A stretch of 64,000 bases of DNA. It comes from Planctomycetota bacterium. GTDB taxonomy: Bacteria > Planctomycetota > UBA8108 > SXIK01. Both the position numbers and the translations under genes were made by a program. Positions within the stretch are counted from its first letter, which is position 1, and each line of letters opens with the position of its first letter. Below, piece after piece: positions 57,761 to 64,000 of the stretch. Under the pieces are notes generated by a model that saw nothing but the letters and a program-made list of their open reading frames with translations, searched no databases and was not told where the DNA came from. Location of the stretch: contig CBDCXR010000004.1 of the NCBI GenBank assembly GCA_965223845.1, forward strand, positions 3,936,001-4,000,000, given 5' to 3'.

Positions 57761-58939
57761 TCAGCCCTGGCGGTAGTTCTTGAGAATGTGCTTCACGAGG
57801 CGGCCGTGAGCCGTCTTGAGGTCGACGCCGAGCAGCTTTTGCGTCAGTTCCTCGAGCACCTCGCGGTCCGTGCGCGGCCGCGGTGGCTGCTTCCGCGCCG
57901 CGCCGGGGTTCGGGTCGAGGTCCTTCCCGCAGATCTCGTGGAGCGTGCGGAGAAAGGATGCGAGCGAGTTCGACGAGCCCTCGGCGACGAAGAGATCGAC
58001 CATCGCGTAACAGATCCCGTACCAGCGGGAGAGCGTTTCGTCGGCTTTGGCGAAGCCGCGATAGTTTTTGAGCAGCTTCTCGAACGAGGCGAAGGACTGA
58101 ATGAGGTGCGTCCCGTTGCGCGCGTTCCGTTCGATTCGCTGGCGTTCGGTCTGCCGGTAGTACTGATAGTGCTCCGTTTGCAGTCGACTCGTGAGATAGC
58201 TCGCGATGCCCTCATTCAGCGAATACGGCATCACGCGCGCGAAGTGGATCGCGTTCAGATAGTGAGTGAGCTCGTGGTAGAGAAGCGACCGAATCGCCAG
58301 AGTCCGATCCTTGAGCGTGTTCGCGTAAGGAGGGAGGTACCAGGCGACCTTTCCCTTCATCGTGCGCTTCCGAAAGTCCGAGGACTCGATCTCGAAGTGC
58401 CCGGCGTACTGGATGAGACCCGTCGCCTTCCGGTAGCGACGCTGGCTGTCGTAGATGTCCATCACCACGGCGTGCTCGGAGTAGAACGCGGGGAGAGCGC
58501 GATAGTATTTCCGCAGCTCGGTGAGGACCGCCTCGCCCTGCTTCAGAAACTCGGGGTCGCTCAGCTTCAGCCGTTTTCGAAACGTCGCACGGTCGAGGAG
58601 TCGAACGCGCATCTCCGTTCCGACACCGAAGTCGACGAGAAGCTCCTTCGCCTTCACGGCCGCTTTTCCGGCCGGGTACTTCGCAATCAGCGACTGAAGT
58701 CGCTCGATTCCCTGATCGTAGCGTTTCGCGTTGAGGAGCTTGACCGCGATCGCGAGCTCGCGCGCGGCTTTCTTCTCCGTCGCCGCGGGTTTCTCCGCGT
58801 AGGCAAGCGGCGACCGGGCGCCGGCGGAGCTCGACTCGATGCGCGATCGGACGTCGGGCGCCACCGGGTCGAATCCGCGGCCGAGGATCGCGACGAACAC
58901 GAGGACGAGGAGAGCGAGGATCGAGAGGCGCGTGGTCAT
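57761..58939 (-). CDS. Exported gluzincin-type (peptidase MA-like) metalloprotein
   Basis: Signal peptide; TPR-like segment; LYHELTHY followed by SLNEGIASY. Confidence 0.75.
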   Translation of the reverse strand: MTTRLSILALLVLVFVAILGRGFDPVAPDVRSRIESSSAGARSPLAYAEKPAATEKKAARELAIAVKLLNAKRYDQGIERLQSLIAKYPAGKAAVKAKELLVDFGVGTEMRVRLLDRATFRKRLKLSDPEFLKQGEAVLTELRKYYRALPAFYSEHAVVMDIYDSQRRYRKATGLIQYAGHFEIESSDFRKRTMKGKVAWYLPPYANTLKDRTLAIRSLLYHELTHYLNAIHFARVMPYSLNEGIASYLTSRLQTEHYQYYRQTERQRIERNARNGTHLIQSFASFEKLLKNYRGFAKADETLSRWYGICYAMVDLFVAEGSSNSLASFLRTLHEICGKDLDPNPGAARKQPPRPRTDREVLEELTQKLLGVDLKTAHGRLVKHILKNYRQG

Positions 58940-59154
58940 GTTGGATCGCTCCATCGAACGCGATTCGGGACTCCGCTCACTCTACTGGAGACCCCTTTCT
59001 CCGTCCGGAGAAAAGCCGGCGGAACGGACTCGGACACCGCCTCGTCGGAGCGAAGCGTGGACGAAGCCCTCGGCGTCTGCGACGATCCCTCGTTCCCGGA
59101 AGTTTCGCCCCGCCGCGAATCGACTCAAGAGACGTAGACGCCACCGGATCCCGC

Positions 59155-59967
59155 ATGGAGCTCCGAGAGATCGCTCACCAGATCGTCACGACACCTCGGC
59201 TCGCGGCGAAGCTCGAGCCGATCGGGGACGACTGGACGGACGACGACCCCGGTGCGCCCCTCCGAATCGACGCGCCCGCGCGACCGCCCGAGCTCGCGAT
59301 CGCGGACGCGCGCGAGGCCAAGGTGCCCGCGATCGGAGGGATGCACGACCCCGTCCAGCGAAGCCGAATCGTCCACAGCCTCGCGAATCACGAGCTGCAG
59401 GCGACCGAGCTCTTCGCCTGGGCTCTCCTCGCGTTCGCCGACGCTCCGCGCGAGTTTCGGCGCGGACTCGCGCACGTTCTCGCCGACGAGCAGCGGCACA
59501 CGAAGATGTACCTCGCGCGCCTCGAGAGCTGGAGCGTTCCGTTCGGCTCCTACCCGGTCACCGGATACTTCTGGAATAAGATCCGGTCGCTCGCGACTCC
59601 GCTCGAGTTCATCTGTGCGATGTCGCTCACATTTGAGAATGCGAACCTCGATCACACGATCGAGTACGCCGACGCGGCGCGCCGGTGGAGCGACCCGAAA
59701 ACGGCCGCCGTCATCGATCAGATCCATCGCGACGAGATCGAGCACGTCCGCTTCGGATGGCGGTGGCTTCAGCGCTTCAAGGGCGCGGACGAGGATCCGT
59801 GGGACGCGTACCGCCGGAGTGTCACTTGGCCGCTCCGCCCCGCCCTCGCGCGCGGCGAGCGATTCCACCGCGAGGGCCGCGAATCGGCCGAGCTCGATCC
59901 CGACTTCATCGAGAAGCTCGCCCGAAGCTCGCGCACGTCCTCCGCCGATTCGGCCGACGCGCCGTGA
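59155..59967 (+). CDS. DUF455 ferritin-like diiron protein
   Basis: HSLANHELQA.EL, DEQRH, FENANLD, DEIEHVRFG. Confidence 0.85.
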   Translation: MELREIAHQIVTTPRLAAKLEPIGDDWTDDDPGAPLRIDAPARPPELAIADAREAKVPAIGGMHDPVQRSRIVHSLANHELQATELFAWALLAFADAPREFRRGLAHVLADEQRHTKMYLARLESWSVPFGSYPVTGYFWNKIRSLATPLEFICAMSLTFENANLDHTIEYADAARRWSDPKTAAVIDQIHRDEIEHVRFGWRWLQRFKGADEDPWDAYRRSVTWPLRPALARGERFHREGRESAELDPDFIEKLARSSRTSSADSADAP

Positions 59968-61145
59968 GCGAGTCCGTCGCGGCCGTGCGGGAGCGAGCGT
60001 CGCGCCTTCTCATCGCGAACCTCGGATTCGAGACCGAGCTCGACGGCCGTGCGCTTCCCGATCCCGTAACGCGGACGATCGCCGCTCTGGGGACGCTGCT
60101 CCGCGTCGCGGCAGCGGACAACGATCGGCTGTGGCTTCCCGCCGCCGTCGACGCGGCGCGAATCGCAACCGTCGAAGGACTCGCCTCGCCTGCACTCGAA
60201 GCGGGACCGATCGGGAACGCGGCGACGCCTCCGCCGGTGGACATCCTCGCCTGGGGCGAGACGGCCGCGACAGAGAAGCTTCGCGGGCGGATCCCGCCGG
60301 CGGCAGTGAATCGGCTCTCCGGTGCGGGCGGCGAACTTTGGGCCGCACACTCCTCGTTCGCGGTTGCGAGCGAGCTGCAGCACCGAGCTCGTGCCCTCGA
60401 AATCGCGCGGGAGCTCGATCTCGCGCTTCCGGACGCCGCGATCGTCCGCGACCGCGACGAACTCGACGCGAGACTTCGCGCGCCGCCCGCAGATTCGTCC
60501 GCGCGTCTCTGCGAGGGCTGGGTTCTCAAGGCGATGCGGAGTGCCGCCGGTCGCGACCGAGTCATCGGATCGGGCGCCACCGTCCGCGCGCAGCCGTTCG
60601 AACGCGCGGTCGACCGCCTGTTCGAGCGCTGCGGCCCACTCCTCCTCGAGCCGTGGCTCTCGCGGACGGCGGATTTTGGCGTCGCGGGGGTGATCGATGC
60701 GTCCGGCGAGGTCTCGATCCGGAGCGTCCACACCCAGCGCGTCGATGGGCAGGGTCGCATTCGCGCGATCGAAGTGACGGACGACCCGCTCCGTGCTCCC
60801 GGCGCTTCGCCCGACGACTGCGAGCGACTCGTCGGGGCGGCGGCTCGCATCGGGAATCGCGTCGCGCGCGCGGGACATCGCGGCCCGTTCGGCATCGACG
60901 CGTGGCGCTACCGTTCCCGAGAGCGCGAGGCGCTCCACGTCTTCGGCGAGCTGAACGTTCGCTGGACGTTCGGACTCGTCGCCCGCCTCGTCGCCGATGC
61001 GGTCGCCGTTCGCTTCGGTGACTCCTGGCGCGCGCGCCTCGAGTTTCGCTCCCCCACCGAAACGAACGCGGAGGCGATTCCGCTCCTCCGGCCGAGCCCC
61101 GACGACCGTGGAGCGGCTTGGCTCGAAGTCACGCGCGGTCGCTAG
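59964..61145 (+). CDS. ATP-grasp-fold ligase-like protein
   Basis: Start reassigned to the GTGA overlap with the DUF455 stop; WVLK...AAGRDR, LLEPW, GPFGIDA, ELNVRWTFG. Confidence 0.7.
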   Translation: MSESVAAVRERASRLLIANLGFETELDGRALPDPVTRTIAALGTLLRVAAADNDRLWLPAAVDAARIATVEGLASPALEAGPIGNAATPPPVDILAWGETAATEKLRGRIPPAAVNRLSGAGGELWAAHSSFAVASELQHRARALEIARELDLALPDAAIVRDRDELDARLRAPPADSSARLCEGWVLKAMRSAAGRDRVIGSGATVRAQPFERAVDRLFERCGPLLLEPWLSRTADFGVAGVIDASGEVSIRSVHTQRVDGQGRIRAIEVTDDPLRAPGASPDDCERLVGAAARIGNRVARAGHRGPFGIDAWRYRSREREALHVFGELNVRWTFGLVARLVADAVAVRFGDSWRARLEFRSPTETNAEAIPLLRPSPDDRGAAWLEVTRGR

Positions 61146-61160
61146 GACGAAGGGATTCGA

Positions 61161-64000
61161 TCAGCGGACCTTGAGCATCCGCATGGCCCGTCCCCAACTT
61201 CGACGCCACCGCCGGACGTACTCCTCGAATGTCTTCGCGACCCAGCCGCCCTTCTGCCTCTTCACGAGCTTCTGCAGCTCCTTCGCCGCGCGGTCGAGAC
61301 TGATCCTACGCGTCGCGAGGTCTCGGTAGATCCGGTCGGACTGCTTCCGGCGCCGGACGGCGTCCCCCGCGTCGACGAACGCCTCGATTCCGGAGAATAC
61401 CTTCTGGAGGAGCGGGTGCGATGTCCAGCTCTCGCTCGAGCCACCCTCGCGGAGCCCTCGCATCGCCGCGTCGAGATTGGAGAGAACCATCGCGAGCCCC
61501 GCCTCGAAGCTCTCGCTGCGCCGCGCTTGCTCACTCTTAACCGCCTCGACCGTCGTTCTCACGTGCTTCTCGGAGAGAAAGCCGAATTCCTGGAACGACG
61601 TGAGTGTGCTCAGCCCGCGGTCGCGTTCACTGTCGTCTCGGTTGAGAAGTTGCTCGCAGGCGCGGTGACACTTGTCCCACGCTTCCCACCGGTAGACGAA
61701 GTCGAGCCCCGTTCCCTTGATGTTCTGCATGCCGAGCACTCGATTCGTGTACCGCGGCGGAGTGTGCTGGGCGATGAGCTTCACGACGTTTTCGCCGGTG
61801 ATGAAATAGTCGGAGACGACGACAAGCTTGGCCTCGAACCACGCCCAGAGGAGATCCTTGAACTCACGATCGAGCTCGCTTGCGCCTGGCGACGCCCGCC
61901 GCACCTTCTGCGAGAACCGCCAGTATTGCTCGAATGCGGCCTTGTCGCGCCGAAGCTGCTCGACGATCGTCTGCGCCTCGTCGCCCGAGAGGAAATCGGT
62001 CAGACGGCGCTCGAGGTCGTCCGGGCGTTCGACGTAGCGGCTGAGGTTGCTGATGACATCTTCGGGGACGCCCTCGATCGGGAGCATCGCCCGCAGGCGG
62101 TCGACCACGTGCTGAATGCTGAGCGGGACGCGTGCGCTGCGCGCCTTGCTCTCGAGCACCTCGCTCGGAGATTCACCGGCGCTGAAGAGCGTCAGGCCCT
62201 GCGAATATTCCTCCCAGCTCTGGGACAAGTAGCCGACGAAGCCGTTGAGATTGCTCCCGATTAGCACGTGACGATCGGCCGAGATGTCTTCGACGAGGAT
62301 GCGAGCGAACACACGTGAGCGCGGGACTCGGTCCGCACGGTTGTTGACGACCGTCGTCACCCACACGTTCGGCTCTTCGTAGGGGCATTGCGTGTCGAAA
62401 CCCATCCGAGTCCAGTTGCCGAGACAGCCGTGGCGCTCGTTCGCCGACATTCCGTTCGTGAAGCGCAGATACCGCCCGTCGATCTCGGCGGTCGGATACG
62501 TCTTCAGCACGCCCAAATCCGCGACGACGCAGTCGGCCATCGCCTTGAGAGCCACGCTCCGGTCGATGCCGATCTCGGCCGCCATCTTCTGCACGAGCGC
62601 GATGTTGTTCGGATGCTCTTCGTACGGAAAACGCTCGAGGATGTCGTCCGTGAGGATACCGGCATCGAGCCAGGTCACGGGCTCCACGGAGGTCTCGAGC
62701 TCTCTCGCCGCCTCGGCGAGGATCGGCAGCATCACCTCCTCGGTCGTGATGAGTCGACTCCGCTTCGGGATGAAGTTCGTCATCACGTCGGGAATGTTGT
62801 AGCCCGCCGGTCCCTGCAGGTCTTCGTGATCGGGATACGTATTGGTGATCGTCGCGATGTCGTCCTTCACCCAGTCTCGCTGGAGAACGTGGACGTACGA
62901 TGGCGTGAGCGCCATGCATTCCCAGAGGAAGACGTCGGCACCGACCTTCTCGGCGAACTTGAGCACCGTGCTCTGTTCCCAGATCGTCGCCTTGTCGTAG
63001 GGGCGAAAGAGGAAGAGCTCGCGAGTCGATCCAAACGTCGGCGAATAGAGGAACATCGCCTCGCAGCCGGTCGTTTTTGAAACGAAGCCGTAACCGAGTG
63101 CGCTGAAGAGCGCCGCCTTCAATCGCTCGGTGCCCGACTTCCCTCGCGTTCCCCAGCCGCCGATCATCAGCGGGATGGAGCACCGCGCTTTTCGAATGGC
63201 CCGGTTCGCATAGAGATGGCGCCCGATGAACACACCCGAAACCGCGGCCGTGAAGATCATCAGCTCGAGGAGAGAGTTGTCATAGACCGAAACGAAGTAC
63301 TGCCGGAGTTGACGCCAGAGATCGCCGATCGGAATCACCGCCACGCTGGGAAAGAACCTGGCGACGGCGGGATCGATCCGCATCGGCTCGCGGCCGGGGG
63401 CGTTCGCGTACGGTGTCAGCGTGACGCGGATGCCGCATCTCTCGAGGCTCTTCAGAAACCCTTCCGGCGGTTCCTGACTCCCTTCCTTCCAGTTTCGGAG
63501 GCGAGCGTAGCGCTCGTAACGCAGCGACAGGCGAGCCCACGCCGCCCAGCGGTTCCAGATCCACGGAGGCGGCGTGATCTCGGTAATTCCTTCGCTCGTG
63601 TAGAGCCGGGACGGGCGCGCGAACAGGCCGCCGCCGATCGTGGAGAGGATCTGATCGAGGAGTGGCAAATACGGTCGATAGCCCCCTTCGCTCGCCATGA
63701 AGAGAGGCTCGCCGGGAATCTTCGTCTGCGCGAGCTCCGCGAGGATCGCCGACGGCGCGTGGACGTTGCCGGGAAAGAGGCGGCCGATCGTGTGCGGGTG
63801 CGCCTGTCGTTTGTCGGGAGCGGGATTGCGCCATTCGTAGAGGAATCTCCAGGCCCGGAAACCGAACACCGGAACCCGCGTGAGTCGGACCCTCCGCCAA
63901 TCGCGCGCCGCCGAGATTCCGAAATCCTCGAGCGCGAGCACGGAGAGAGTCCGTCCGATTGCGTCGCCTTCGAACGACGCGAGTGACGTGAGGGGGATCG
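61161..64000 (-). CDS. Large CapB/PgsB-like (Mur-ligase fold) poly-gamma-glutamate synthetase fusion; 5' end outside the window
   Basis: GTRGKSGTERL, KTTG, TIWEQ, WECMAL.P, ITNTYPDHED.QGP, NGMSANE, NNRADRVPRS. The frame stays open from 63941 to the edge. Confidence 0.8.
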   Translation of the reverse strand, partial: IPLTSLASFEGDAIGRTLSVLALEDFGISAARDWRRVRLTRVPVFGFRAWRFLYEWRNPAPDKRQAHPHTIGRLFPGNVHAPSAILAELAQTKIPGEPLFMASEGGYRPYLPLLDQILSTIGGGLFARPSRLYTSEGITEITPPPWIWNRWAAWARLSLRYERYARLRNWKEGSQEPPEGFLKSLERCGIRVTLTPYANAPGREPMRIDPAVARFFPSVAVIPIGDLWRQLRQYFVSVYDNSLLELMIFTAAVSGVFIGRHLYANRAIRKARCSIPLMIGGWGTRGKSGTERLKAALFSALGYGFVSKTTGCEAMFLYSPTFGSTRELFLFRPYDKATIWEQSTVLKFAEKVGADVFLWECMALTPSYVHVLQRDWVKDDIATITNTYPDHEDLQGPAGYNIPDVMTNFIPKRSRLITTEEVMLPILAEAARELETSVEPVTWLDAGILTDDILERFPYEEHPNNIALVQKMAAEIGIDRSVALKAMADCVVADLGVLKTYPTAEIDGRYLRFTNGMSANERHGCLGNWTRMGFDTQCPYEEPNVWVTTVVNNRADRVPRSRVFARILVEDISADRHVLIGSNLNGFVGYLSQSWEEYSQGLTLFSAGESPSEVLESKARSARVPLSIQHVVDRLRAMLPIEGVPEDVISNLSRYVERPDDLERRLTDFLSGDEAQTIVEQLRRDKAAFEQYWRFSQKVRRASPGASELDREFKDLLWAWFEAKLVVVSDYFITGENVVKLIAQHTPPRYTNRVLGMQNIKGTGLDFVYRWEAWDKCHRACEQLLNRDDSERDRGLSTLTSFQEFGFLSEKHVRTTVEAVKSEQARRSESFEAGLAMVLSNLDAAMRGLREGGSSESWTSHPLLQKVFSGIEAFVDAGDAVRRRKQSDRIYRDLATRRISLDRAAKELQKLVKRQKGGWVAKTFEEYVRRWRRSWGRAMRMLKVR

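Overview
High-GC, gene-dense bacterial chromosome segment, probably from a Planctomycetota member. That assignment is an inference from three dockerin-like secreted proteins, a PVC-type heme-binding protein, PQQ-like propellers and a membrane-type PafA homologue. Housekeeping and metabolic genes include ligA, tex, trpS, hemF, an LPS-core-type GT2/GT4/kinase cluster, a DUF1611 plus dipeptide-epimerase pair, two Na+:solute symporters, an acyl-CoA dehydrogenase and lemA-htpX. I saw no tRNA, rRNA, CRISPR array or mobile element. Best leads: (1) two 'separate' ORFs (13271-14167) are one frame interrupted by a single TGA at the redox position of a selenoprotein-N-like thioredoxin fold, suggesting an exported selenoprotein. 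(2) A Pup-ligase/Dop-family enzyme has transmembrane helices inserted into its catalytic core and altered active-site motifs. It lies downstream of a 61-aa ORF ending in GSGAE, a candidate membrane tagging system. (3) A CLCA-like metalloprotease/vWA surface protein carries an inserted flagellar-hook (FlgE D2)-like domain. (4) A secreted protein has 11 symmetric six-cysteine repeats plus a dockerin. (5) A DUF455 diiron plus ATP-grasp pair sits next to an oversized CapB-like ligase. All family calls come from motif recognition by eye; no searches were run.
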